43,786 nucleotides of DNA from Spirochaetales bacterium (GCA_036769135.1 DAIPLR010000002.1:4797-48582), one strand, 5' to 3'; shown: positions 1 through 9,415, counted from the stretch's first letter. Program-made: numbers and translations. The notes: generated by a model not told the origin, from the letters alone.

Positions 1-442
1 TGTCCTTCATCACCTGCTCGGGGGTCATGCTGGCGATGGAGTCGCGCAGGTGGCCCTCGATGATGTCGCCGGCGATGCGCGTCAGGTTGTCGCGGTCGGC
101 GGCCAGGTCCAGGATGCGGGTCACCGCGTGGGAGCGGCCGGCCTCGTTGCCGGCGATCGCGAAGGATACGGTGGCCTTCACGTTCAGGGGCACGATGCCG
201 GCGGCTATGGCGGAGTCGACCACCACCTCGATGGTGATGGGCGTGAGGTCGAACTTACTGAAGCGCTGCAGGAGCGGGATGATGAAGGCCCGGCCGCCCG
301 AGAGCGTGCGGAAGCCCTTCTGGCCGCCCGAGCCGGTGACGACGCCGAGCTCGTTGCCGCCGACGATCTTCATGTTGGTAAGGAGCTGGACGAGCACGGT
401 GACGCCCACCAGGGCGCCGAGCACGGCTACGAAGGCTATCAT
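1..442 (-). CDS. SPFH/band-7 flotillin-like protein, 5' part (N-terminal 147 aa in window; continues past left edge)
   Basis: Not in ORF track. Reverse translation from the ATG at 442..440 gives MIAFVAVLGALVGVTVLVQLL...IVGGNELGVVTGSGG...EGHLRDSIASMTPEQVMKD. This is collinear with the N-terminus of the adjacent flotillin (TM helix, then SPFH core). The ATG overlaps the upstream TGA (ATGA), and an AAAGGAGG RBS lies upstream. Confidence 0.7.
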   Translation of the reverse strand, partial: MIAFVAVLGALVGVTVLVQLLTNMKIVGGNELGVVTGSGGQKGFRTLSGGRAFIIPLLQRFSKFDLTPITIEVVVDSAIAAGIVPLNVKATVSFAIAGNEAGRSHAVTRILDLAADRDNLTRIAGDIIEGHLRDSIASMTPEQVMKD

Positions 443-1770
443 TTGGCCCCTCCTTTGACGGGGGCGGCCGGCATGGCCAGCGCGCGCACGTCGACGCCGA
501 AGGCTTCGGCGAAGGTCTTTAGGAAGTCGGCGAAGGCGCGGGGCCCCCGGTTCACGGCGCCGGAGAAGCCCTCCTCGTCGTCCATCACCACGAGGCTGTC
601 CACGGTCGAGCCCTCCGCGGCCTTAGAGTAGGCCTCGAAGAGCGCCGGCAGCTTCTGCTGCAGGAAGAGCACGCTCGAGGCGTCGTCGCCGTAGCGCGAC
701 AAAAGCTCGGCCTTGGTCTTCAGGATGGCGTTGCGGGCGCTCTTGCGGATGGAGACGGCCTCGCGCTCGCCCTCGGCGACGATGCGCGCGGCCTCCTCGC
801 GGGCCTCCGCCTCCAGGGTTACCGATGACTGGTTGCGCAGCTTCTGCAGCTCCACGAGCTCGCCCTGCACGGCGGCCTCGCCGGCGTTGCGGGCCTCGGC
901 TATGGCCTGGTCGGCGCGCAGCTTGGCCTCCTCCACGAGGCCGGCCGACTCGCGGCGGTATACCTCGAGCTCCTCGCGGGCGGCGATGATCGCCTCGTCG
1001 GCGCGGCTCCTGGCCACCTCGATACGTCGCTGCGCGTCGCTCTCCGCCTGCTCGGCGATGGCCCGCAGCCGCGACTCCTCGATCTCCACCTGCCTACGCT
1101 TCTCGGCCAGGGTCTTCTGCGCCAGGTTGGCTATGTAGTTGGAGGTGTCCCAGATCTTCTGCAGCGAGACGGAGACCACCTTCATGCCGAAGGATCGCAG
1201 GTCGGAGTTGATGTCCTCCAGGAGCTCGGCGCGGAACTGGGCGCGCTCGCCTATGTCCGAGCTCCCGTCGTCGTTGCCGACGTCCTCCATGCCTATGGCC
1301 TGCAGGGGCGTGGCCTTGTTGAGGGCGCCGCGGAAGTTGCCCACCAGGGTCTGCTGGACCTGGTCGTGGATCTGCTTGAGGTCCTTGCCCATGAGGCGCT
1401 CGACGGCGCTGTAGAGCATGGCCTCGTCGTCGTCGTCGATGCAGACGCAGGCGGTGGCGTCGGCGCCGACCGTGATGCCGTTGGCGCTGTTCACGCCCTC
1501 GACGCGCACGTTGATGGGGAAGACCCCTAGGTCCAGGGTGCCGACGGCCTGGAAGTACGGGATCACGTAGGTCCGGCCCCGGTCGACGGTGAAGCCGAAG
1601 CTGCGGCCGTGGCGCTTGGTCTTGCGCCCGGTGACCACCAGGATGCGGTCCGGCGAGGCCACGCGTATCGTGGCTTTCAAGAGCCCTATCAGGGCTACGA
1701 AGGCCAGGACGCCTAGGCCCCCGTACAGGACGCCAGCGACGCTCGAGAACATCTGCGCTAGGTTATCCAT
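439..1770 (-). CDS. flotillin (SPFH/band-7, YqiK/FloT-like) with long coiled-coil, Glu/Ala/Arg-rich C-terminal region
   Basis: 443 aa. It has an N-terminal TM, an SPFH domain and an extended EA-rich helical region typical of flotillins. A strong SD (AAAGGAGGT) precedes the ATG, and the gene lies downstream of NfeD as in classic nfeD-flotillin operons. Confidence 0.85.
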   Translation of the reverse strand: MDNLAQMFSSVAGVLYGGLGVLAFVALIGLLKATIRVASPDRILVVTGRKTKRHGRSFGFTVDRGRTYVIPYFQAVGTLDLGVFPINVRVEGVNSANGITVGADATACVCIDDDDEAMLYSAVERLMGKDLKQIHDQVQQTLVGNFRGALNKATPLQAIGMEDVGNDDGSSDIGERAQFRAELLEDINSDLRSFGMKVVSVSLQKIWDTSNYIANLAQKTLAEKRRQVEIEESRLRAIAEQAESDAQRRIEVARSRADEAIIAAREELEVYRRESAGLVEEAKLRADQAIAEARNAGEAAVQGELVELQKLRNQSSVTLEAEAREEAARIVAEGEREAVSIRKSARNAILKTKAELLSRYGDDASSVLFLQQKLPALFEAYSKAAEGSTVDSLVVMDDEEGFSGAVNRGPRAFADFLKTFAEAFGVDVRALAMPAAPVKGGAK

Positions 1771-1886
1771 CGTGCGGATACCTCCTTTATTTTTAAAGCG
1801 AAGCCCTTGCCCGGGGCCGACGGCGCTTCCGCCCCCGGTCCCTAAGCGCGCCCTTAGGCCGCCGCTATCGCGCGCGGCTCAAGGGC

Positions 1887-2582
1887 CTAGGCCAGCTCTT
1901 CTACCCAATAAAAACCCTCGTCCAGGTCGACGATGCGCACGCGGGCGCCCTTGGACAGGCCGGCCTTCGGGTCCTTGCAGCGCACGTATAGCTCGGCCTC
2001 GCGGCCGTAACGCCTGACGAGGACCCGCCCCATGGCGCCCGGAGCCACCGGTACGGTCACCGCGGCCTCGTCCATGAGGTATTCCTCCTGCCCGACGGTC
2101 GAGTCCAGGTCCCTGCGCGCGAAGGAGCGCAGGGCCTTAACGAGGACGGCGATGAAGGCGCCCGCGCCGGAGGCCCAGGCCAGGCTCGCAGCCGGCGCCA
2201 CGCCCGTGAGCAGGGCGAAGAGCCCGGTAGGCCCGGCGCCGAGGGAGAAATAGACGCCGATTCTAAGCGTACCGATGAGCTTGGCGACGGCGCGGACGCC
2301 CTTCTGGCCGCCGACGACCAGGGAGCCGCGCGCGGCCTGCGAAGCCGCCGGGGCCTCGGGCTCGGCGGCCGGTTCGGCGGCGTCCTCGTCCCCGTCCGGT
2401 CCGGTCTCGCCCTCGGTCCCGCCGTCGTCGAGCGCGTCCGCCGCGTCTCCGGCGTCCGCCGTTCCGTCGGCCTCGCCGCCGTCGGAGGAGGCCCCCTGAT
2501 CGAACGCGCCGAAGAGATCGACGACCATGACGCCCAGGCCGAAGACGGCTAAGGCGCTGTAGAGAACGAATAGGCTTTGCAT
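1887..2582 (-). CDS. NfeD-like membrane protein (short form, C-terminal OB-fold) with acidic low-complexity insert
   Basis: It has N-terminal TM helices and a C-terminal segment GRVLVRRYGREAELYVRCKD...GARVRIVDLDEGFYWVEE typical of the NfeD OB-fold. It sits immediately upstream of the flotillin on the same strand. Confidence 0.7.
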   Translation of the reverse strand: MQSLFVLYSALAVFGLGVMVVDLFGAFDQGASSDGGEADGTADAGDAADALDDGGTEGETGPDGDEDAAEPAAEPEAPAASQAARGSLVVGGQKGVRAVAKLIGTLRIGVYFSLGAGPTGLFALLTGVAPAASLAWASGAGAFIAVLVKALRSFARRDLDSTVGQEEYLMDEAAVTVPVAPGAMGRVLVRRYGREAELYVRCKDPKAGLSKGARVRIVDLDEGFYWVEELA

Positions 2583-2649
2583 AGCCGCGACAGTATGCGG
2601 CCAAACGCGACGGAACGCAAGCTTCTCTATTTTTATAGATATAAATACG

Positions 2650-2679
2650 TTGGCGAAATAGTGTCGAAGACCTTAGAAT
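2650..2679 (+). promoter_or_regulatory. sigma70-like promoter (-35 TTGGCG, -10 TAGAAT) positioned so the transcript would start at or next to the ATG of the sensor kinase (leaderless candidate)
   Basis: This is an AT-rich island in GC-rich DNA. The hexamers have 17-18 bp spacing, and the -10 ends 6 nt before ATG 2686 with no SD. Confidence 0.3.
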
Positions 2680-2685
2680 CGTCGT

Positions 2686-4548
2686 ATGCGTCGCCTGTTC
2701 CTCTACGCCGTCCTCGTCGCCATACTATCGAGCGCCTTGCTGGCGGGGCTCGGCATCGGCGCGTACACCTTGCGCAACAGCCTGGGCATGATGGAGATGC
2801 AGACCCAGGATAGGATGGACGCGATCGAGCGGCGTTTCGAGTCCTTCAGCGCGCTCCTTCGTGGCGGCTTCGAACGGATGAAATACCAGGGGGGGAGCGC
2901 GCTCAAGCGCTTCGCCGAGGCCGTAGGCCCGGACGAATGGGCCGCGAAGGCGGACGACCCCGGCTCCTCGCTCCTCCTCTCGGCCTTGGCCCGCGAGTAC
3001 GGGGTCGACGAGCTCTACTACATCGACAACGAAGGCGTGGTCCGCGCGACGAGCCTAGCGGCGGACCGCGGCCTTAAGCTTTCTTCGTTCGCCGGTATGC
3101 AGCCCTTCCTAGCCCGAGTCTACGGGGCCGGGACGCTCTTCGACCACGGCGTGTCGATCTCGATACGCACCGGCGCCATCAACGGCTACTTTTACTACTC
3201 GCCGCCCGGGGCCGACTACATCCTCGAGGCGTCGATCAACCTGGAAACCTACCTCTCGCGCCTGATCGGCCCCGATTTCTATCGCTCGTTCCTACGGGAG
3301 CTCGTGGGTACCGAGGGGCACGGCCTAGCCGGCCCCCTCCGCGCCGGGCTCTTCGTGTACGACGGCCGACGCGCCTCGCCGCTCCTCGGGAGCGAGCCCC
3401 TGGCCGACGGGGTGGCCCTGGAGGACGTCGCCCGCCTCGCCGAGGAGAAGGCGCTGTCGGTCCGCCGAGGCTTCCAAAGGACGGACCTGCGCGCCTTGGC
3501 CGTCGGCGATATGCCCTTAGGCTTCGTCAACGAGGTCTACGCATGGGTGAGCTTCGACCTGCGGCCGTATTATCGGACCGTCGCCCTGCAGGCCTTGATC
3601 GTCCTCCTGAGCTGCGCCGCGGCGGTCTTCATCTCCTACCGCGTGGCGAGGCGCTTCTTCGCGCGGCGTTACCTCGAACGCGTCGAGCGCCTATCGGCCG
3701 GCATACACGCCATCGCCGACGGGGACCTGGCCCAAGAGCTCGGCGACGATGGCGGCGACGAGCTGGCGCAGATAGCCGGCGACATCCGCCGCATGGTCGA
3801 CGTGCTCCTGGGCGACCAGGAGCGCCTGCGCAGCTCGCAGGGCTACGAGCTCGTCGCCACCCTCTCGGCGGGCCTGGCGCACGACTTCAATAACATCCTG
3901 CAATCCGTAGCCGGCAGCGCCTCGCTCCTGCAAGAGGAGGCCGAGGAGGCGGCTCACGGCGCGGGGGAGGGGGGCGGCGGGAGCCTGCCGGCCGCGAAGG
4001 CGAGCGCCGCCGCGGCCGAGATACTCGCCGCGGTCGGCCGCGCGGGGCAGCTTTTAAAGAGCATGGGCTCGGCGGCCAAGGGGCGCGAGCGGTACATGGA
4101 GGAGCTGAGCCTTGCGGCGCTCGTGATCGAGTGCGCGCGCTTAGCCGAGCGGGTGTTCCGCGGCGGAGTGCGCTATGTCGTCGAGCTCCCCGAGGGCCCG
4201 GCCCCCGCTCGCGGCGACGGGACGAGGCTCAGGCAGGCCATCTTAAACCTCCTCATGAACGCCGGGCAGGCCTGCGGCCGGGCCGACGCCCCCCAGGTGG
4301 CGCTCAGCCTCCGGGCGGTTCCCGGCGGTTGGGAGCTGCGCGTCGAGGACAACGGCCCGGGGATAGAGGCTGCGGAGCCGGCCCGCGTCTTCGAGCCGTT
4401 CTACACGACCAAGGCCGAAGGGAGCGGGCTGGGCCTGCCCATGGCGAGGATGATAGCCCGCGACCACGGCGGCGACCTGGTCGCCGGCCGCTCCGAGGCC
4501 CTGGGCGGGGCGAGCTTTACGCTGAGCCTGCCTGGCCCCGGCGCCTAA
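2686..4548 (+). CDS. sensor histidine kinase (periplasmic sensor domain, HAMP, HisKA, HATPase_c), orphan
   Basis: It has an N-terminal TM, a ~300-aa extracytoplasmic region, a second TM, a HAMP-like GDLAQELGDD...DIRRM segment and the H-box LAHDFNNILQSV. The N/G boxes are LNLLMNAGQA and DNGPGI...GSGLGL. No adjacent response regulator was found. Confidence 0.85.
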   Translation: MRRLFLYAVLVAILSSALLAGLGIGAYTLRNSLGMMEMQTQDRMDAIERRFESFSALLRGGFERMKYQGGSALKRFAEAVGPDEWAAKADDPGSSLLLSALAREYGVDELYYIDNEGVVRATSLAADRGLKLSSFAGMQPFLARVYGAGTLFDHGVSISIRTGAINGYFYYSPPGADYILEASINLETYLSRLIGPDFYRSFLRELVGTEGHGLAGPLRAGLFVYDGRRASPLLGSEPLADGVALEDVARLAEEKALSVRRGFQRTDLRALAVGDMPLGFVNEVYAWVSFDLRPYYRTVALQALIVLLSCAAAVFISYRVARRFFARRYLERVERLSAGIHAIADGDLAQELGDDGGDELAQIAGDIRRMVDVLLGDQERLRSSQGYELVATLSAGLAHDFNNILQSVAGSASLLQEEAEEAAHGAGEGGGGSLPAAKASAAAAEILAAVGRAGQLLKSMGSAAKGRERYMEELSLAALVIECARLAERVFRGGVRYVVELPEGPAPARGDGTRLRQAILNLLMNAGQACGRADAPQVALSLRAVPGGWELRVEDNGPGIEAAEPARVFEPFYTTKAEGSGLGLPMARMIARDHGGDLVAGRSEALGGASFTLSLPGPGA

Positions 4549-5329
4549 GGGCCGCGATGAGCGGCCTCGCGGGCCTCGGCGGCATGGCGGCGGCGAGCGC
4601 CGGCGGCATGGCCCGGCCGTAGGCCCGCGTGAGAGCCGGTAGGTATGAATCCCGCGGATACTCCCTGCCGCCCAGGGCGAGCTTGTAGGGTAGCGGCATG
4701 CCTAAGTCCCAGACTGAGACGCCGAGCTCCGTGAGGAGGCCCGCCAAGGCGTAGAGCTGTACCGTGCCCGCGCCGCTCTCGTCGCTGAAGCCCGAGAGGC
4801 TCGCGTAGCTCGAGCCTAGGGCGTAGCCTATCTCGGCGGCGACCAGGCGGCGCCCCTCCGGCCCGCCGTCCGCGTATAGCTCGACCGAAAGGAAGACGGG
4901 CCGTCCTCGTCGGGGCGGCTCGGCGGCCAAGGCCGTGAACGCCCGTACCAGCGGCTCGGTGAGCCAGCCGTCGCCGTGGGTCCGGACGCAGCCGGCTAAG
5001 GCCGCGCCGAAGTCGAGCTTGAGCGCGACGCTATAGCGAGACGAGCGACCGAGCGCCGTGCGCGTCGGCCGTATAGAGGCCGGGTCGGCTAGGCAACGCA
5101 CGAGGTGCAGCTTCGGCGTTAAGAACGCCCGGGGGCCGTCGGGCGTGACGAGGGTGGCCGACATGGGCATGAAGCCGGCGGCTGCCGCGGCGGCTGCCGC
5201 TTCGGGGTCGAGCCGATCGCAGATGACGAATTCTTCATCATAGCCGCCCGCGGTCAGGCGTTCGGCCAAGGCCGGCCAATCGCGGCCTTCGTTCGAGATG
5301 ATCCTGCCGTACGCATCGTAGACGCCCAT
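4517..5329 (-). CDS. aat: leucyl/phenylalanyl-tRNA--protein transferase family (Aat-like)
   Basis: The C-terminal half aligns by eye to E. coli Aat: EGTWIT/ELVGGMYGV/GESMFS is matched by DGWLTEP/RLVAAEIGYALGSSYASLSGFS/...PRDSYL. An SD GGGGGAAGGA precedes the start. It overlaps the kinase 3' end convergently. Confidence 0.55.
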   Translation of the reverse strand: MGVYDAYGRIISNEGRDWPALAERLTAGGYDEEFVICDRLDPEAAAAAAAAGFMPMSATLVTPDGPRAFLTPKLHLVRCLADPASIRPTRTALGRSSRYSVALKLDFGAALAGCVRTHGDGWLTEPLVRAFTALAAEPPRRGRPVFLSVELYADGGPEGRRLVAAEIGYALGSSYASLSGFSDESGAGTVQLYALAGLLTELGVSVWDLGMPLPYKLALGGREYPRDSYLPALTRAYGRAMPPALAAAMPPRPARPLIAALRRRGQAGSA

Positions 5330-5407
5330 GCGCGATCCTTCCCCCCTCAGCTTGACCCGCTCGCGTCGCGGGGCCTATAGTCGCTCGTACCTTGTAAGGA
5401 GGATACC

Positions 5408-6511
5408 ATGAAACGTATCGTTTTCGCCGCCCTGGCCGTCCTTATGGCCTTGGCGACCCTGTCCTGCGGCGGCAAGCAGGAAGTAGCCGCCCCCCTCAGC
5501 GACATCACCGTCCGGCTCCTCACCGACGCGACCGGCATCGACGACAAGTCGTTCAACGCCGCCGGTTGGCGCGGCATCCTGGCCTACTACGGCGACACCT
5601 GGGAGAACCAGGCTAAGAAGGGCACCTACTATAACTGGGTGACCGCCCAGACCCAGGATATGTACGTCCCGAACCTGAAGCAGGCCTCGGACGAGAAGTA
5701 CGACCTGATCATCGTCACCGGCTTCACCTGGGCCGACGCCTTAGGCGAGGTCGCGCCGCTCTACCCGAACCAGAAGTACCTCATCGTCGACGTGGACTGG
5801 CTCTCCGCCCCGAACGTGATGCAGGCCACCTTCTCCGAGCACGAAGGCTCCTACTTAGTCGGCGTGGCCGCGGCCCTCAAGGCCCAGGCCGAGGGCATCC
5901 AGAACCCGCGCTTCGGCTTCATAGGCGGCGTGCCGGGCCCCGTGATCACCAAGTTCGAGATGGGCTGGGTCCAGGGCATCCTGAGCGTCCTGCCGAACGC
6001 CCAGATCGTGGACTACTACGCCAACGACTGGGGCAAGCCCGACCTGGCCAAGGCCCAGGCTAAGAACTGGTACGACTCCGGCGTCTATGCCATCTTCAGC
6101 GCCGCGGGCGGCACCGGCAACGGCACCATCGCCCAGGCCAAGGAATACCGCCTGCGCGGCCAGAACGTCTGGGCCGTGGGCGTGGACAGCGACCAGTACG
6201 AGGACGGCCTCTACGCCGATAAGATGAGCGCCGTGCTCACCTCCATGATCAAGCGCGTCGAGTCCTCTACCGAGTACGCCCTGCGCGCGGTCAAGGACGG
6301 CAAATTCGAGGGCAAGGTCATCACCTTCGACACCGCCTCCGACGGAGTAGGCTTCTCCACCACCAATCCGGCCCTGACGCCTGACATCGTCGCCAAGGTC
6401 AACCAGGTCCGCCAGGATATCATCGACAAGAAGGTCACCGTCATCCCGACCTACGCCGAGGCCCTGGCCAAGGGCGTCGTGCCCGCCAACCTGCAGGCCA
6501 GCGACAAGTAA
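5408..6511 (+). CDS. BMP-family lipoprotein, nucleoside-binding ABC substrate-binding protein (PnrA/TmpC/Med-like)
   Basis: It has a signal peptide with a lipobox (LATLSCGG) and the conserved BMP fold signature. A strong SD AAGGAGGA precedes it, and an ABC ATPase and two permeases follow. Confidence 0.85.
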   Translation: MKRIVFAALAVLMALATLSCGGKQEVAAPLSDITVRLLTDATGIDDKSFNAAGWRGILAYYGDTWENQAKKGTYYNWVTAQTQDMYVPNLKQASDEKYDLIIVTGFTWADALGEVAPLYPNQKYLIVDVDWLSAPNVMQATFSEHEGSYLVGVAAALKAQAEGIQNPRFGFIGGVPGPVITKFEMGWVQGILSVLPNAQIVDYYANDWGKPDLAKAQAKNWYDSGVYAIFSAAGGTGNGTIAQAKEYRLRGQNVWAVGVDSDQYEDGLYADKMSAVLTSMIKRVESSTEYALRAVKDGKFEGKVITFDTASDGVGFSTTNPALTPDIVAKVNQVRQDIIDKKVTVIPTYAEALAKGVVPANLQASDK

Positions 6512-6564
6512 GGCCCATGCCGCCGTCGCCGGCGGCTACGATCTTGTACTGAATCCCGTCCTGA

Positions 6565-6600
6565 CGGCCCCCGGGCGCTGGCGAAGCCACCCGGGGGCCG
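6565..6600 (+). promoter_or_regulatory. intercistronic GC-rich stem-loop (11-bp perfect stem CGGCCCCCGGG/CCCGGGGGCCG, 14-nt loop) between the SBP gene and the ABC ATPase gene
   Basis: The inverted repeat was read directly. Its position matches the common SBP-gene attenuator or mRNA-stabiliser arrangement. Confidence 0.35.
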
Positions 6601-6615
6601 TGCTATACTGACGCG

Positions 6616-8178
6616 ATGGAAACGTACGCAGTCGAAATGATCGACGTCACGAAGGCCTTCCCCGGCGTCGTGGCGAACGACCGCGTCAGCCTGGCCGTCC
6701 GCGACGGCGAGGCGCACGCGGTCTTGGGCGAGAACGGCGCCGGCAAGAGCACGCTTATGAGCGTGCTCTACGGCTTGTACGAGGCTGACGCCGGGCGGAT
6801 ACGCATACGCGGCGCCGACGCGCGCATCAGGAGCCCGAACGACGCCGTGGCCCTCGGCATAGGCATGGTGTTCCAGCACTTCAAGCTGGTCCGCGACTAT
6901 ACGGTCACCGAGAATATCGTCCTGGGCATGGAGCCGCGCACGCGCTTCGGCCACGTGGACATACGGGGCGCCGAGCGCCGCGTCGCCGAGCTATCCGAGC
7001 GCTACGGCCTAGCCGTCGACCCCAAGGCCAAGATCGAGGACTTGAGCGTCGGCGCCCAGCAGCGCGTCGAGATCCTAAAGACCCTCTACCGCGACGCCGA
7101 CATCCTGATCCTGGACGAGCCCAGCGCCGTCCTGACCCCGCAGGAAGTGGACGAGCTCATGGCCGTCATACGCCGCCTCAAAGGCGAGGGTAAGACCGTC
7201 ATCCTCATCACCCATAAGCTGCGCGAGATCAAGGCCGTGGCCGAGCGATGCACGGTGCTGCGGCGCGGGCGCAACGTGGGTACGGTACAGGTCGCCGCTA
7301 CCGACGAGTCCGAGCTGGCGGCCCTGATGGTCGGCCGCGCCGTCAACTTTACGGTCGACAAGGGCCCGGCTAAGCCCGGCGAGCCGGTGCTTGAGCTCAA
7401 GGGCCTGACCGTGAAGGGCTCCCGGGGCCACGAGGCCGTGAAGGAACTGTCGCTCACGGTGCGCGCCGGCGAGATCGTAGGCTTGGCCGGCGTGGACGGC
7501 AACGGGCAGTCGGAGCTCGTACGAGCCCTGGCAGGTATCGACAGGCCCTCCTCCGGCTCGATCATCCTCAAGGGCCGCGACATCACCAAGGCCGGCGTCC
7601 GCGAGCGCATCGAGGTGGGCCTGGCCCACGTCCCCGAGGACCGCCATAAGCACGGCTTAGTGCTCGGCATGCGCCTGGATGAGAACCTGGCCTTGAAGAC
7701 TTTCTATAAGGCGCCCATTTCCAAGCCCGGCGGCGCCCTGAATTTCCGCGTGATGGCCGAGCGGGCCGAGGGCCTTATCGCCCAGTTCGACGTCCGCGCC
7801 GGCAAGGGCCCCGCGTCCAAGGCGGAGGACCTCTCGGGCGGCAACCAGCAGAAGGCCATCATAGCCCGGGAGCTTGACCTGGACCCTGAGCTCCTCGTGG
7901 TGGCCCAGCCCACCCGCGGCCTGGACGTCGGCGCCATCGAGTATATCCATAAGCGCATCGTCGCCGAGCGCGACAAGGGGCGCGCCGTGCTCCTCGTGTC
8001 CTTCGAGCTCGACGAGGTCATGGCCCTCTGCGACCGCATCGCGGTCATCTCGCGCGGGGCTATCATAGGGGAGCTCGACGCGGCCGGCGCCGACGAGCGT
8101 TACGTCGGCGCCATGATGGCCGGCGTCCATCCCGAAGACTATAAGGCGGCCGCCGCCGGGGAGGCCAGCCATGGCTAA
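6616..8178 (+). CDS. ABC transporter ATP-binding protein with two tandem ABC domains (nucleoside/sugar CUT2-like)
   Basis: Walker A GENGAGKST and a second GVDGNGQSE are present, with signature LSVGAQQR / LSGGNQQK and Walker B ILILDEP / LLVVAQPTRGLDV. Confidence 0.9.
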   Translation: METYAVEMIDVTKAFPGVVANDRVSLAVRDGEAHAVLGENGAGKSTLMSVLYGLYEADAGRIRIRGADARIRSPNDAVALGIGMVFQHFKLVRDYTVTENIVLGMEPRTRFGHVDIRGAERRVAELSERYGLAVDPKAKIEDLSVGAQQRVEILKTLYRDADILILDEPSAVLTPQEVDELMAVIRRLKGEGKTVILITHKLREIKAVAERCTVLRRGRNVGTVQVAATDESELAALMVGRAVNFTVDKGPAKPGEPVLELKGLTVKGSRGHEAVKELSLTVRAGEIVGLAGVDGNGQSELVRALAGIDRPSSGSIILKGRDITKAGVRERIEVGLAHVPEDRHKHGLVLGMRLDENLALKTFYKAPISKPGGALNFRVMAERAEGLIAQFDVRAGKGPASKAEDLSGGNQQKAIIARELDLDPELLVVAQPTRGLDVGAIEYIHKRIVAERDKGRAVLLVSFELDEVMALCDRIAVISRGAIIGELDAAGADERYVGAMMAGVHPEDYKAAAAGEASHG

Positions 8179-9412
8179 GTCGATTAAGAACGCGCCGGGC
8201 GCGACGCCCGGACCGACCCCCGCCGCGCCGGCCGCCGCGAAGCCGTCCGACGGCGCCTTCTTCACGCGCCTCGAGGCCTTCGCCGCCTCGGACTGGCGCA
8301 TGAGCCTCCTCGTGGTGGCCCTGGGCTTCCTGGCCGGAACCCTGATCGTGCTGGCCGTGGGGCGCAACCCCGCCAACATGTTCGCCGCCCTCCTGCAGGC
8401 CATGACCGGCTGGGACCTGACCCGCGGCGTGTTCAACGTGCGCTACGTGGGCGAATGGCTAGCCATCAGCACGCCGCTCATCCTGACCGGCCTGTCCATG
8501 GGCTTCGCCGCCCGCGCCGGCCTCTTCAACATCGGCGCCGAGGGCCAGTACGTGGTCGGCCTCACGGTGGCGCAGTTCGCGGCCCTCTTCCTGCCGCAGA
8601 TCCCGGTCTTGCACGCCGTCCTCTGCGTGCTCTTCGCGGCGCTCGGCGGCGCCGCCTGGGGAGGGCTCGTCGGCTGGCTCAAGGCGCGCTTCAACGCCAG
8701 CGAGGTGGTGGCCACCATCATGCTCAACTACATCGCCTTCTTCCTGTCGCGCTGGGCGACCATGCGCATCCCGGGCGCCAACACCTTCCGCACGCCCAAC
8801 CTGCCCCAGAGCGCGCAGCTGGACGCCGGTTACCTGCAGCGCCTGACCAACGGCTCCAACCTGAACTACGGCTTCTTCATCGCCGTCGCCTGCGTGGTCG
8901 CCTACTGGTGGATCATGGAGCGCACGCGGCTGGGCTTCGCGCTCAGGGCCACCGGCATGAACAAGGACGCCGCCCAGGCCTCGGGCATCAACGCCAAGCG
9001 CTCGGCGGTCACCTCCATGGCCATAGCCGGCGCCTTCGCCGGCCTGGCCGGCGCCGTCGTGGCCCTCGGTTCGTTCAACTACGGCCGCGTGCTCGCGGGC
9101 CAGGATAACTACGGCTTCACCGGCATAGCGGTGGCCCTCGTCGGCAACTCCACGGGCCTGGGCGTCGGGCTCTCGGGCCTCCTTTTCGGGCTCCTAGCCA
9201 GCGGCCAGCCGCTCATGCAGTCGCGCGGCATACCCAAGGAGATCACGCTCATCATCTCGGGCCTGGTCGTCGTGTTCGTATCGCTGCGCGCCGGCCTCCG
9301 GGTCATCTTAGCCTGGAAGCGGCGCGAGCAGCTCGTAGCCCGGGTCGCCGCCGCGCCGGGAGGCTCCGGCTCGCCGGAAGACGCCGCCGCGTCGGACGCG
9401 GGGGAGGAATAA
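8171..9412 (+). CDS. ABC transporter permease (BMP/nucleoside system)
   Basis: It is a multi-TM protein whose start overlaps the ATPase stop by 8 nt. Confidence 0.8.
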   Translation: MAKSIKNAPGATPGPTPAAPAAAKPSDGAFFTRLEAFAASDWRMSLLVVALGFLAGTLIVLAVGRNPANMFAALLQAMTGWDLTRGVFNVRYVGEWLAISTPLILTGLSMGFAARAGLFNIGAEGQYVVGLTVAQFAALFLPQIPVLHAVLCVLFAALGGAAWGGLVGWLKARFNASEVVATIMLNYIAFFLSRWATMRIPGANTFRTPNLPQSAQLDAGYLQRLTNGSNLNYGFFIAVACVVAYWWIMERTRLGFALRATGMNKDAAQASGINAKRSAVTSMAIAGAFAGLAGAVVALGSFNYGRVLAGQDNYGFTGIAVALVGNSTGLGVGLSGLLFGLLASGQPLMQSRGIPKEITLIISGLVVVFVSLRAGLRVILAWKRREQLVARVAAAPGGSGSPEDAAASDAGEE

Positions 9413-9415
9413 TCG

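Noticed and set aside
27-631. Plus-strand ORFs 27..458 and 50..631 at the left edge.
   Set aside because: The minus strand over the same DNA encodes a clean flotillin-like N-terminus with an RBS and an ATGA overlap with the upstream flotillin. The plus-strand products have no motifs.
2263-2604. Arg/Gly/Pro-rich ORFs such as 2263..2604, 3543..3893, 4131..4622, 9109..9546, 11946..12371, 19193..20095, 26133..26813 and 36029..36358.
   Set aside because: They have extreme Arg/Pro/Gly composition (RRRRGRR...). They are out of frame with, or antisense to, well-supported genes. This is the hallmark of spurious GC-rich frames.
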